This document shows, in pieces, positions 40,370 to 51,600 of a stretch of DNA of 64,000 nt. A program made the translations under genes and the position numbers. Under the pieces are notes generated by a model, which saw nothing but the letters and a program-made list of their open reading frames with translations, was not told where the DNA came from and made no database searches. This stretch comes from Mycobacteriales bacterium (GTDB lineage Bacteria > Actinomycetota > Actinomycetes > Mycobacteriales > CADCTP01). Location: contig DASYKU010000065.1 in assembly GCA_035995165.1 (NCBI GenBank), forward strand, positions 1,633 to 65,632, read 5' to 3'. How positions within the stretch are numbered: position 1 is the first letter of the stretch; every line of letters begins with the position of its first letter.

Positions 40370-41332
40370 CTAGCTCCAGGGCAGCACGACCACCTTCCCG
40401 ACCGTCCCGCGGGACCCCAGGCGGGTCAGCGCCGCGGGCGCCTCGGCCATGGGTACCCGTTCCGATACGAGCGGCTTGATGCTCCCGGCCGCGTAGAGGT
40501 CCTTGAGCGCCTCGTGCGCCGCTGCGATCACTCCCGGATCCTGCTGCCGGTAGAGCCCCCAGTGCAGGCCGACCACCGAGTAGTTCTTCACCAGCACGTG
40601 CCCGGCCGGCACCGACGGGATCCGGCCCGCGGTGAAGCCGACCACCACCAGCCGGCCCTCGAACGCGATGCAGCGCCGGGACGCGTCGAACACGTCCCCG
40701 CCGACCGGGTCCCAGACCACGTCCGCGCCGTGCCCGCCGGTGAGCTCCTTGACCCGGGCGGCGATGTCCTCCGCGCGGTAGTCGATCACCTCGTGCGCGC
40801 CGAGCTGCCGGCAGACCGCGGTCTTCTCCGGGCCGCCCGCGGTCGCGATGATCCGGGCCCCCGCGGCCAGCCCGACCTGGATCGCGGCCGAGCCGACGCC
40901 ACCGGCGCCGGCGTGCACCAGCAGCCACTCGCCCGCCTGCAGCCGCGCCCGCCGGTGCAGCCCCACGTACGCGGTCTGGTACGTGATCAGCAGCGACGCG
41001 GCCTCGTCGGCCGGCATCGCGGCCGGCACGTCGAAGGCGCCGTCGGCCGGCAGCACGGCCAGCTCGGCCAGTCCGCCGTGCGGCAGCGGCGGCCCGCCGA
41101 GGACACGCCGGTCCTCGCCGACCACCGTGCCGCAGATCTCCAGCCCCGGCGTGAACGGCAGGTCGGGCTTCTCCTGGTAGGAACCGGCGCACATCAGCAC
41201 GTCCGGGAAGTTCAGCGCGCAGGCTTCGACGCGGACCAGCAGCTCGCCCGGGCCGGCGACCGGATCGGGAACCTCGGCCAGCTCGAGCGCGTCGGCCGGG
41301 GTCCCGAGCCGGCGTACCTGCCAGGCCTTCAC
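40370..41332 (-). CDS. NADPH:quinone oxidoreductase / zinc-type alcohol dehydrogenase family (MDR)
   Basis: I trimmed track ORF 40370..41635 to the GTG at 41330-41332 (VKAWQVRRLG...). It has LNFPDVL and the cofactor motif HAGAGGVGSAAIQ. Confidence 0.82.
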   Translation of the reverse strand: MKAWQVRRLGTPADALELAEVPDPVAGPGELLVRVEACALNFPDVLMCAGSYQEKPDLPFTPGLEICGTVVGEDRRVLGGPPLPHGGLAELAVLPADGAFDVPAAMPADEAASLLITYQTAYVGLHRRARLQAGEWLLVHAGAGGVGSAAIQVGLAAGARIIATAGGPEKTAVCRQLGAHEVIDYRAEDIAARVKELTGGHGADVVWDPVGGDVFDASRRCIAFEGRLVVVGFTAGRIPSVPAGHVLVKNYSVVGLHWGLYRQQDPGVIAAAHEALKDLYAAGSIKPLVSERVPMAEAPAALTRLGSRGTVGKVVVLPWS

Positions 41333-42177
41333 GCCGACGTCCCGCCCGGCCCGGCGCCGGGATCGGCCGGGGCGGGGCCGGGATCGGCCGGGGCGGCGCC
41401 GGCTCCCGGCTCGGCCGGGCCGGTGTCCGGGCGGCGGGGTCCCGGGACGCCGCGGAACCCGTACGGGCCGGGCTCCCGGCCGGGCTGCACGAACCAGCAC
41501 TCCCCCGGCTTGCCGGAATCCAGCACCGCCAGGAACGCGTCCCCGACGTCGTCCGGCGACAGCAACGGCATCGCCGCGGCCGCGAGCGGCTCCCGCAGCG
41601 CGCCCAGGATCGCCGTGTCGGCGAACCCCGGGCACAGCGCCGTCACCGTCACGCCCAGCTCGGCCAGCGGCGGCGCGACCGCCCGGACGTACCCGACGAC
41701 CGCGGTCTTGGTCAGCGTGTAGAGCGGGTCGGCCGGCATCGGGACCAGCCCGGCCAGCGAGGCGGTGACCACCACCTTGCCGCCGGAGCCGCGCAGGTGC
41801 GGGACGGCGGCGTCCAGCCCGTACACGACCGCGTCCTGGTTGACCCCGACGATCCGCCGGTACGCGGCCAGGTCCAGCGGGTCCGTCGGCCCCAGCCCCG
41901 AGCCGATGCCGGCGTTGAGGGCGACCACGTCCAGCCGCCCGTACGCCTCGATCGCGGTACGGACGGCGCGGACGACCTCCTCGGGGCGGCTCACATCGGC
42001 CCGGACCGGGGTGCCGCCGACGTCGGTCGCCACCTCGGCGGCGCCGTCCGCGTCCAGGTCGGCGACCACCACCGCGTACCCGCGGGCGGACAGCCGGCGG
42101 CTGAACGCGCGGCCGAAGCCGCCGGCGCCGCCGGTGACCAGCGCGACCGGCGCCGTCGGCCGGATGCGGCCGCTCAT
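41329..42177 (-). CDS. SDR family oxidoreductase with a Pro/Gly/Ala-rich C-terminal tail
   Basis: I trimmed track ORF 41329..43113 to the ATG at 42175-42177. It has TGGAGGFG, NAGIG and YTLTK motifs. The start overlaps the M20 stop and the stop overlaps the QOR start. Confidence 0.82.
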   Translation of the reverse strand: MSGRIRPTAPVALVTGGAGGFGRAFSRRLSARGYAVVVADLDADGAAEVATDVGGTPVRADVSRPEEVVRAVRTAIEAYGRLDVVALNAGIGSGLGPTDPLDLAAYRRIVGVNQDAVVYGLDAAVPHLRGSGGKVVVTASLAGLVPMPADPLYTLTKTAVVGYVRAVAPPLAELGVTVTALCPGFADTAILGALREPLAAAAMPLLSPDDVGDAFLAVLDSGKPGECWFVQPGREPGPYGFRGVPGPRRPDTGPAEPGAGAAPADPGPAPADPGAGPGGTSA

Positions 42178-43490
42178 GACCCCGCCACGAAGCGGTCCAG
42201 GACGCGGACGCCGAAGCGCAGCGCCTCCGCCGGCACCCGCTCGTCGATGCCGTGGAACATCCGCGCGAAGTCCACGTCCGGTGGCAGCAGCAGCGGCGAA
42301 AACCCGAAGCAGCGCATGCCCAGCCGCTCGAAGGACTTGGCGTCCGTCCCGCCCGACATCGTGTACGGGACCGGCAGCGCCTTGTCGTCCTCGGCCCGCA
42401 GCGCCGCCGCCATCGCGTCCACCAGCGCCCCGTCGAAGTCCGTCTCCACCGCCTGGTCGCGGTGGATCCACTCCTTCACCACCCCGGAGCCGAGCAGCTC
42501 GTCGATCTGCTTCTCGAACTCGTCCTCCTGGCCGGGCAGGAAGCGGCCGTCGATCGTCGCCGCCGCCGTACCGGGGATGACGTTGGACTTGTAGCCGGCC
42601 TCGAGCATCGTCGGGTTCGCGGTGTTGCTCAGCGTCGGTCCGATCATCACCGCCAGGCCGCCGAGCCGGCGGACCAGCGCGGTGACCTCCTCCCGGTCGG
42701 CCGAGTCCAGGTCGATCTCCACGCCGAGCTGCTCGGACAGGGCCTCCAGGAAGAGCCGCACCGTCTTCGTCATGACGATGGGGAACTCGTGCCCGCCGAC
42801 GCGGGCGACGGCCTCGGCCAGCCGGGTGACCGCGTTGTCGTCGTTGTGCATCGAGCCGTGGCCGGGGCGGCCGCGGGCCACCAGCCGGAGCCAGGCCATG
42901 CCCTTCTCCGCGGCCTGGATCGGGTACATCCGCAGGTCGTCCCTGATCGTGACGCTGAACCCGCCGACCTCGCTGACCGCCTCGGTGCAGCCCTCGAACT
43001 CCTCGGCGTGCTCGTCGACCAGGAACCGGGCGCCCTTGGTCCCGCCGGCCTCCTCGTCGGCCACGAACGCGACCACCACGTCGCGCGGCGGCTTCGTGCC
43101 GGTCCGGGCCCACCGGCGGACCAGCGCGAGCGTCATCGCGTCCATGTCCTTCATGTCGATCGCGCCCCGGCCCCAGACGAAGCCGTCCCTCTCCTCACCC
43201 CCGAACGGATGCACCGACCACTCGCTCGCCTCCGCCGGCACCACGTCCAGATGGCCGTGGATCAGCAGGCCGGGGCGACTGCGGTCGGCGCCCTCGATGC
43301 GGGCGACGACGCTGGCCCGGCCCGGCTCCGACTCGTACAGCCGGGACTCGACGCCGACCTCGTCGAGCTTCCCGGTGACCCACTCGGCGGCGGCGCGCTC
43401 GGTGCTGGTCGGATTGGAGGTGTCGATCCGGATCAGCTCCGAGCACAGCTCGACGACCTCGTCCTGGGCGTTGGGTGCCTGGCTGCTCAT
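42174..43490 (-). CDS. M20/M25/M40 family metallopeptidase
   Basis: 438 aa: LIRIDTSNP...LLIHGHLDVVPAE...VADEEAGG. Confidence 0.88.
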   Translation of the reverse strand: MSSQAPNAQDEVVELCSELIRIDTSNPTSTERAAAEWVTGKLDEVGVESRLYESEPGRASVVARIEGADRSRPGLLIHGHLDVVPAEASEWSVHPFGGEERDGFVWGRGAIDMKDMDAMTLALVRRWARTGTKPPRDVVVAFVADEEAGGTKGARFLVDEHAEEFEGCTEAVSEVGGFSVTIRDDLRMYPIQAAEKGMAWLRLVARGRPGHGSMHNDDNAVTRLAEAVARVGGHEFPIVMTKTVRLFLEALSEQLGVEIDLDSADREEVTALVRRLGGLAVMIGPTLSNTANPTMLEAGYKSNVIPGTAAATIDGRFLPGQEDEFEKQIDELLGSGVVKEWIHRDQAVETDFDGALVDAMAAALRAEDDKALPVPYTMSGGTDAKSFERLGMRCFGFSPLLLPPDVDFARMFHGIDERVPAEALRFGVRVLDRFVAGS

Positions 43491-43516
43491 GGCCCGATTA
43501 CTACCACCGAACCCCG

Positions 43517-43546
43517 TTGGGACACCCTGTGCCGTCCCGGTAAGGT
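43517..43546 (+). promoter_or_regulatory. Candidate promoter for tRNA-Leu: TTGGGA, 18 nt, TAAGGT
   Basis: The -35-like hexamer is at 43517-43522 and the -10-like hexamer at 43541-43546, 14 nt before the mature tRNA 5' end. Confidence 0.35.
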
Positions 43547-43560
43547 GGTCCGGCAGACCG

Positions 43561-43645
43561 GTCCGGGTGGCGGAATGGCAGACGCGCTAGCTTGAGGTGC
43601 TAGTGCCCTTTAACGGGCGTGGGGGTTCAAGTCCCCCCTCGGACA
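43561..43645 (+). tRNA. tRNA-Leu, anticodon GAG
   Basis: I folded the cloverleaf by hand. The acceptor stem is GTCCGGG/CTCGGAC (one G-U pair). The anticodon stem is CTAGC/GCTAG with loop TTGAGGT. There is a long variable arm, a T-arm GGGGG-TTCAAGT-CCCCC, and discriminator A. It is near-identical in architecture to E. coli tRNA-Leu. CCA is not encoded. Confidence 0.93.
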
Positions 43646-43876
43646 CGAAGCAGTCTCCGACGGCGCGGGCGAAGCCTCCGCCGTGGCAGGTTGGTATTTA
43701 GGTGATATGTGAGCTTCAGCCCCATCTGTCCGTATGGAGCGGTTTTCTCCGCCGGGCCGCGTCGCCTGGCGGGCCTCATCGTCGCGGGTGTCGTCCCCCG
43801 TGTCCTGAGCAAACGCCGGCCGGTCGAGGGCGGACGAGCGGCTCGGACGTGCCCCGGCGACCCCACAAGCACGCCG

Positions 43877-44824
43877 TCAGGCCCGGACGGTCTCGGGGAT
43901 CGGCGCGGCGTCGGCCATCGCGACCGCCACCTTCCGGGGTCCCGTGTACGGCTCGCGGCCGTGCGCGGTGAGCATGTTGTCGACGACGACGACGTCGTCC
44001 GGGTCGTAGTCGAACCGGGTGGACGCCGAGCGGTACGCCGCCCGCAGGTGCTCGGCGACCTCGTCGCCGATCCGGCCGCCGTCGCCGTAGTAGCTGCTCG
44101 CCGGCAGGGCGGCCTCCCCGTACATCTCCAGCAGGCCCTGCCGGGTCTCGGTCGGCAGGGTGGAGGGGTGGAAGACCGTGGCGTGGTTGAACCACACCTC
44201 CTCCCCCGTGACCGGGTGCCGGTGGATCGCGTCCCGGACGGCCGTGGTCCGCAGCACGTCGCGCTCCAGCCACTCGGCCACGATCCCCTGCCGGCGGCAG
44301 TAGTCCGCCACCTCGCCGCGGTCCTCGGTGCCGAAGACCTCCTGCCAGCGCAGGCCGAGCTCGGGGTGGAAGGTACGGACGACCGACCAGCGCCGCTGCC
44401 GGAACTCCTCGCGGACGTCCGGATCGATGGCGCGCAGCACGGCCCGGGTGTCGGCCAGCGGGGTGGCGCCCCCGGTGGCCGGCCTCCGTACGCACCAGAA
44501 CCACACGTGCGCCGGCCAGCTGCGCTGGTAGGAGTTCTCGTTGTGCAGGAAGATCTCCTGTTCCGCCGGGTACTCGGTGGAGGTGTAGACCCGGCCGCTG
44601 ATCTCGCTGCGCGGTGAGGACCGCTCGGAGTAGGCCAGCGGCTCGCCGGACAAGGCCCGGACCGCGGCGGCGAAGCCGTCCACACCGCCCACGTCGCCGC
44701 CCCGGAACAGCAACGCGCCGTGCTCGAGCAGTTCCGCCCGCAGCCGCGCGCGCCCGGCTCCGGCCAGCTGTGCGAGTGCCCGCCCGTGCGCGGGGACGAG
44801 GAGGACGAGGGAGGTGTCGATCAT
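43877..44824 (-). CDS. TauD/TfdA-family Fe(II)/2-oxoglutarate dioxygenase (SyrP/AsnO-like amino-acid beta-hydroxylase candidate)
   Basis: 315 aa. The facial triad is HNE (His codon 44543-44545, Glu codon 44537-44539) plus a distal His in NMLTAHGREPY. It is the last gene of the NRPS operon, with an ATGA overlap to the TEII gene. Confidence 0.85.
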   Translation of the reverse strand: MIDTSLVLLVPAHGRALAQLAGAGRARLRAELLEHGALLFRGGDVGGVDGFAAAVRALSGEPLAYSERSSPRSEISGRVYTSTEYPAEQEIFLHNENSYQRSWPAHVWFWCVRRPATGGATPLADTRAVLRAIDPDVREEFRQRRWSVVRTFHPELGLRWQEVFGTEDRGEVADYCRRQGIVAEWLERDVLRTTAVRDAIHRHPVTGEEVWFNHATVFHPSTLPTETRQGLLEMYGEAALPASSYYGDGGRIGDEVAEHLRAAYRSASTRFDYDPDDVVVVDNMLTAHGREPYTGPRKVAVAMADAAPIPETVRA

Positions 44825-45606
44825 GACCGCGGACCTTTCCGGAGTTGGTCGGCGAGCAGCTCGGGGAACCGGTCGCCGGTGAACGGATGGAAGTGCCCGC
44901 CGGGCAGCATCCGGAGGGTGAGTCCCCGGGCGGCATACTCGGACCAGGGCTCCAGGACGGCGCGCGGCACGGCCTGGTCCTCGGTCCCACCGAGGACCAG
45001 CAGCGGAGCCCGCACCGGCGGGCGATCCAAGGGCCGGTAGGAGTCCATCAGCGCCATGTCGCCCCGCAGAGCGGGCAGGAACGCCGCCAGCAGCTCGGGC
45101 TGGTCGGCCAGGGTGTCCGGGATCCCGCCGTACGTCTCGTGCACCGTCCGCACGAACTCCGCGTCAGAGAGTCCCTCCAGCGCGGTACGCCCGTGGTCGA
45201 CCAGGTGCGGGGCCGAGGACGACGACACGATCAGCATGCTCGGCACGAGCCGGTAGCGGCGCCACAGCTCGCCCGCCAGCTCGTAGCCGACGATGCCGCC
45301 CATGCTGTGGCCGAGCAGCGCGAACGGGACGTCCAGGAACGGCAGCAGCGCCGAGGCCAGCGCGTCGACGAGCTCGTCCATCCTCGTCATCGGCGGCTCC
45401 CCGAGCCGGTTCTCCCGGCCGGGCGACTGGACCGGGCAGACGTCGACGGCCGGGGCCAGCGGGTCGATCCACCCGGCGAAGGCCGACGCGCCGCCGCCGA
45501 CGTGCGGCAGGCAGAACAGCCGCAGGTCGCTCCCGCCGGTGCCCAGCCCGTACGGCAGCCAGCGGCGGTAGCGCTCGCGCCTCGCGAGCACCGCCGTCGC
45601 GCTCAC
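44821..45606 (-). CDS. Type II (editing) thioesterase
   Basis: I trimmed track ORF 44821..45867 to the GTG at 45604-45606. It has [12 protein letters not shown], the nucleophile motif GHSMGG, and the C-terminal PGGHFH. There is a GTGA overlap with the megasynthase stop. Confidence 0.88.
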   Translation of the reverse strand: MSATAVLARRERYRRWLPYGLGTGGSDLRLFCLPHVGGGASAFAGWIDPLAPAVDVCPVQSPGRENRLGEPPMTRMDELVDALASALLPFLDVPFALLGHSMGGIVGYELAGELWRRYRLVPSMLIVSSSSAPHLVDHGRTALEGLSDAEFVRTVHETYGGIPDTLADQPELLAAFLPALRGDMALMDSYRPLDRPPVRAPLLVLGGTEDQAVPRAVLEPWSEYAARGLTLRMLPGGHFHPFTGDRFPELLADQLRKGPRS

Positions 45607-48600
45607 CGCCCCTCCCCCGCGGGTAGGACGATCTCGCGCCGGGCGGCGACGCCGATCGGCTCCGGCCGGGGCCCGTCCACCGCCCGGTCGAGCTCGGCCG
45701 CCATCGCCGCCACCGTGGGCTCCTCGAAGACCAGGCTGAGCGGCAGCGCCGCGCCGAAGTCCTCGTTCACCCGGGCGATGAGGCGAGTCGCGACCAGCGA
45801 GTGACCGCCGAGCCGGAAGAAGTTGTCGTGCACCCCGACCTCGGACAGTCCGAGCACCTCCATCCACAGGCGACCGAGCCGCTGCTCGGTCTCGGTGCGG
45901 GCCCGGACCGCCTCCGGCCCGACCGGCAGCTCGCCCTCCACAGTGGACATCAGCGCCTGCCGGTCCAGCTTGCCGCTGGGCCGGCGCGGCAGCCGGTCCA
46001 GCAGCACGAACCGGGACGGCACCATCGGCGCCGGCAGCGCCGCCCGCAGCCCTTCGGCGAGGATCACCGGCTCCAGTCCGGACCGGTCGGCCGCGTCCGC
46101 GGCCGCCACGAAGGCGGTCAGCTGCGGGTCGCCGGCCACGTCCCGTACCAGGACGGCGGCGTCCCCGACGCCGGGCAGCGCCCGGACGGCCGCCTCCACC
46201 TCGCCGAGTTCGATCCGGTAGCCGCGGATCTTCACCTGGCCGTCGGAGCGGCCGACGTGCTCCAGCGTGCCGTCCGGCAGCCAGCGGGCGAGGTCGCCGG
46301 TGCGGTAGAGCCGCTCCCCCGGCCGGCCGCCGTGCGGTCGCGGGACGAAGCTGGCGGCGGTCCGGCCGGGGCGGCGCCAGTAGCCGCGGGCGAGCCCCGG
46401 ACCGGCGATGTGCACCTCGCCCGGCACGCCGGCGGGCACCGGTTCGAGGGCGTCGTCGAGGACGAAGACCTCGGTGTCCGCGACCGGCCGGCCGATCGGG
46501 GCGCGGTCCCGCCGTCCGGGCTCAGCGGGCCAGAAGGTGGCGGTGATGGTCGTCTCGGTCGGCCCGTACATGTTGTGCAGCCGGGCTCCGGGCAGCACCG
46601 CCGCGCACCGGTCCAGCAGCCCTGGCGGCAAGGTCTCCCCACCGCAGCAGATCGTCCGGACCGTGCCCCGGCACTCCCGCAGCGCCGGCTCCTCGAGGAG
46701 CACCGCGAGCATCGACGGCACCACCTTGAGGATCGGGCAGCGGTGCCGGACCAGCAGCCGCGCCAGGTACTCGGGGTCGTGCTGCCGTCCCGGTTCGGAC
46801 AGGACCAGCTCGGCCCCGTTCGACAGCGGGGCGAAGATCTCCCATACCGAGGCGTCGAAGCAGTACGAGAAGTTCTGCAGCACGCCGTCGCCGGGGCCGA
46901 CCGGCCACTGGGACTGCTGCCAGGCCAGGCGCCGGCCGGCCGCCGCGTGGCTGATCACCACGCCCTTCGGGACTCCGGTGGAACCGGAGGTGTAGATCAG
47001 GTAGCAGGGATTGCCCGGATCCACCCGCCCGGGCACGGGCGCGGCCGGCTGCGCGCCGACGGCCTCGCGGGCCGCGTCGAGCGCGAGCACCGGCCCGTCG
47101 AACGCGGCTTCCCACCGGCTCGTGGTGACCACCACCGGGCCGGCGACGTCGGCGCCCAGCGCGCGCAGCCGCTGGGGTGGGCTGTCGGGGTCGAGCGGCA
47201 CGTACGCGCCGCCGGCCTTCAGCACGCCGAGGATCGCGACGACCATGTCCACCGACCGGTCCAGGCAGATCGGCACCAGGGTCTCCGGTCCGACCCCGAG
47301 GCCGCGCAGGTGGTGACCGAGCCGGTTGGCGCGCTCGTCGAGGTCCCGGAAGCCCACCGCCTCGGCGCCGATCCGGACCGCGACCGCGTCCGGCGAGCGG
47401 CGGGCCGTGGCCTCGAAGGCCGAGTGCAGCAGGGTGTCCTGGGCCGGACCGGCCGGGCCCGCCGCCCAGTCGGTGAGCAGCCGCCGCCGGTCGGCGGCCG
47501 GCAGCGACGGCAGCGCCGCGAGGGGACGGTCGAGGTCGTCCGCGGCGGCCTCCAGCACGGCCAGCCACTGCCCGGTCAGCCGGTCGATCGTGGGCCGGTC
47601 GTACAGGTCGGTGTTGTACTGGACGAGCGCGGACAGCCCACCGCCGGCAGGCAGCACGTCGAGCAGCAGGTCGAACTTGACCGTGTCGCTCGGCACGTCG
47701 CCCACGCTCAGCGCCAGCCCGGGCAGCCGCACCGGGTCCACCGGCACGCCGATGTACTGGAACATCACCTGGAAGAACGGGCCGCGGGCCGGATCCCGGT
47801 CCGGGGCGAGCACCTCGACCAGCTTGTCGAAGGGCACCTCCTGGTGGGCGTAGGCGCCCAGGCAGGTGTCGCGGACCCGGGCCACCGCCTCCCGCAGCGT
47901 CGGCGCGCCGGACAGGTCGGTCCGCAGCACCAGCGTGTTGATGAACGGCCCCACCAGCGACCTCGTTTCGGGGCGGGACCGGTTCGCGACCGCGCTGCCG
48001 ATCGCGACGTCGTCCTGGCCCGCGGCGCGGGCGAGCGTGACGGTGAAGGCGGCCAGCAGCAGCATGTAGAGGGTCACGCCCTCGGCCCGGGCCACGGCCC
48101 GGAGCGAGTCGGTGAGACCGGGGTCCACCCGCAGCTCGGTCCGGGCGCCGGCGGAGGACTGCCGCTCGCCCCGCGGCCGGTCCGTCGGCAGCGCCAGGAC
48201 GGGCGTCCCGGCCAGCCGATCCCGCCAGTACGCCAGCTGGCCGTCGAGCCAGCTCGAGTTCAGCTTCCGCTGCTCCCAGGCGGCGACATCGGCGAACTGG
48301 ACCTCCGGCTCCCCGAGCGACGACGGACGCCGCTCGACCGCGGCCGAGTACTCCTCCTGGAACTCGCTGACCAGCAGGCCCATCGACCAGTGGTCGGCCG
48401 CGACATGGTGCACGGTCAGCAGCAGGCGGTGCTCCCGCTCGCCGAGGCGCAGCAGCGTCACCCGCAGCGGCGGGCCGGCGGCCAGGTCGAAGGCCAGGTG
48501 GGCGTGCTCGGTCGCCAGCCGGTCGGCGCCGCCCGGGTCCACAATGGACGATCCGGACAGGTCGACGAGGTCGAGCCGGAGCGGCGCCGGCCGGTCGACG

Positions 48601-51600
48601 ACGACGGTGGGCTCGCCGCCGGTCGCCCGGAAGCGGGACCGCAACGTCTCGTGCCGGGCGACGATCCGGGCCAGCGCCCGCCGGACCGCGCCGAGGTCCA
48701 GCCGTCCGGTCAGGTCCATCCGGCAGGACAGGTTGTAGTCGTGGGAGCCGGGCCGCAGCTGATCGAGGAACCAGAAGCGGCGCTGGGTGGACGACAGCGG
48801 CAGCGCGACGCTCCCGTCCCGCGGCAGCACGGGGATCGGAGCCGAGTGGTCACCGGCGGGCTCCGCGGCGCCGATCGCGGGCGGGGTGCCGCGGTCGAGG
48901 AGGCCGGCCGCGTCCAGTTCGGCCATGGTCGCGGTCACCGCGTCGACCACCCGGTCCACGTCGGCCTCGGTGTGCGCGAGGGACAGGAAGCAGTTGCGGC
49001 CCTCCCAGACGTACACGCCGTGCAGCAGGAGCAGGGCGTAGAAGAGCTCGGTGACCTCGGACTGGGGCGCTTCCCCGAGAAGCCGGAACCGGAACAGCGA
49101 CCCGAACCGGACCACCCGCAGCGGCAGCCCGCCGGCCGTGACGACGGCGTTGAGCCTGTCCACCAGCCGTTCGGTCCGCCGGTTCAGCTCCTCCTGCAGC
49201 ACGCCGCCGCCGTCCCGCAGCCGCCGCAGCACCGCCCGGCTGGCCGCCATCGCCAGCGGGTGCTTGCAGAAGGTGCCGGTGAAGAACGTCCGCCGCGCCG
49301 AGGGCAGCTCGCCACCGGCGAAGCTCCAGGCGCCGCCGTCGATGCCGTCCAGCCAGCGGGCGTCGCCCGCGACGATCCCGATCGGGAGCCCGCCGCCCGC
49401 GACCTTCCCGTACACGCTGATGTCGGCCCGGATGCCGAAGATGCCCTGGGCGCCGGCCGGATGGACGCGGAAGCCGGTGATGACCTCGTCGAAGATCAGC
49501 GGGATCCCGGCCCGCTCGGTGAGCGCCCGCAGCCGCCGCAGGAAGTCCACCGGCTGCAGCTCCGGCCGGCGGCTCTGCACCGGTTCCACCAGCACCGCGG
49601 CCAGCTCCCCGGCGTGCTCCTCGAGCGCGCGCAGCGCGGCCTCCCCGCCGTACCGCAGCACGAGCGTGTCGGCACTGATCGAGGCCGGCAGCCCGGGCGA
49701 CATCGGCGCCGCTGCGCCGGTGATCTGCGGGTCGGCCGGCCGGGACAGGATCGGGTCGGCCGAGCCGTGGTACGACCCGGCGAACAGCGCCACCCGGCTG
49801 CGGCCGGTCGCCGCCCGGGCCAGCCGGACGGCGAGCATCACCGCCTCCGAGCCGGTGTTGCAGAAGGAGACCCGCTCGTTGCCGGTGAGCTCGCGGACCA
49901 GGTCCGCCACCTCCGCCGCCAGCGGCGTCTGCGGTCCCAGTTGCATGCCGGCGTCGAGCTGGGCCCGGACGGCGTCGGTGACGAACGGCTCGTCGTGGCC
50001 GAAGAAGTTGACGCCGAAGCCCATCGTCAGGTCGACATACTCGTTGCCGTCGAGGTCCCAGATCCGGGACCCGACCGAGCGGCTGACGGTCAGCGGGTAG
50101 CGGATGTCCTTGAGGTCGAGGTGGCCGGTCAGCACGTGCCGGATGTCGGCGTGGCCGGGTCGTTCGCTGTCCGCGTGCCGGCGCGAGAGTTGGGTCCGCC
50201 CGGTGTAGCGGCGGACGACGTCGGCCAGGAACGTCTGCTGGTCCGGGCTCAGTGCGCTGCGCCGGTCCGGAGGCGCCGCGCTGAACGGCACATAGACGTC
50301 CGGCGGGGACGCGGGTGCGGCGGCCGGCGGCGGGGCGGGGATAGCGGCGGCGGGCGGGCGGGTTCCGGTCAGCAGCTCGTACGCCTGGGTCATCACCTGG
50401 GCGTGGACGGCCAGGAACCGGGCGGCCGGGTCGGCATCCACCGCGGGACCGGGAGCCACCGGACCGGGAGCCACCGGACCGGGAGTCGCCGGCCGGGAGG
50501 GCAACGTCCGGTGGGCGACCTGCCGGGTCAGGAAGTCGGTCAGCCGCCGCAGCGTGTTGGTCTCCTCGAACAGCTGGGCCACCGGGATCTCCACCCCGAA
50601 GCGCTCCTGGATCGTCTGCAGCGCCTGGATCAGCACGACGGAGTCGGCGCCGAGCCGGAGGAAGGACTCGTCCGGGTCGAGGTCGGCCTGGTCCATCTCG
50701 AGGAACTCGGCGAGCGTCGCGCGGACCACCGCGAGCACCTCGGCCCGGTCGGCGACCGGGATGGCGGCCGGTTCCGTGGCGGTGGTCTGTGCCGGTGCGG
50801 TCACGGGAAGCACCTCCGGTGCGGCGGCGGGCGGGCGGCCGGGCTCGGCGAACCAGTGCCGCGTGCGCTCGAACGGGTAGCCGGGCAGCGTCACCCGGCG
50901 GTACGGGTAGCCGGCGTCGACGCCGGCCCAGTCGACCGGGTACCCACGTACGTGCAGGCGGGCCAGGGAGTCGGCGAGCGTCGTCCAGTCGTCGCCCCGG
51001 CCGCGCAGCGACGGCAGCCAGTCGGCGCCGGGTCGGTCCCGGCCGCCGAGCGCGGTCAGCGTCGGGCGGGGCCCGATCTCCAGGTATCGCCGGATTCCTC
51101 GTTCCGCCAGGCGGTCGAGGCCGGCGGCGAAGCGGACCGGCTCGCACAGCTGCCGCGGCCAGAAGGCCGCGTCCAGCGGCAGCTCCGGGCCGACGAAGGC
51201 ACTGTCCACATCGGACACGAGCGGAACCCGCGGCCGGGCGTGCGGCAGCGTCGCCGCCAGCTCCGCGAGGTCCGCCTCGACCGGCGCCATGAGCGGCGAG
51301 TGGAAGGCGTGCGCGACCGGGAGCGGCCGGATCGCGTGCCCGTCCCGGCTCAGCACCGCCGTCACCGCGGCCAGCCCGCTCAGCGGCCCGGACAGCACGG
51401 TGTTCGCGGGGCCGTTGACGGCACCGACGACGACGTCCGGCGGGGACCCCGCGGTCGCGAGCGCCGCCCGGACGGTCGCCTCGTCGGTGAGCACGGCCGT
51501 CATGCCGCCGCCCGCGGGCAGTGCCTGCATCAGCCGGCCCCGGTGGGCGGCCAGCCGCAGGGCGTCGGCGTCGTCGAGCACCCCGGTCACCGCCGCGGCG

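Noticed and set aside
41348-41400. An 18-19-bp direct repeat (ccgggatcggccggggcgg, two copies) considered as a regulatory repeat between the SDR and QOR genes
   Set aside because: It lies inside the SDR C-terminal Pro/Gly/Ala tail coding sequence, where it encodes the duplicated ADPG peptide. It reflects a low-complexity coding duplication rather than a regulatory site.
43646-43876. An integrase, att site or mobile-element remnant next to tRNA-Leu
   Set aside because: The interval contains no ORF with integrase or transposase character. The track ORFs here (43702..43971, 43709..44617) are shadows of the TauD gene. I found no repeat of the tRNA 3' end in the window. The idea is kept only as a boundary hypothesis.
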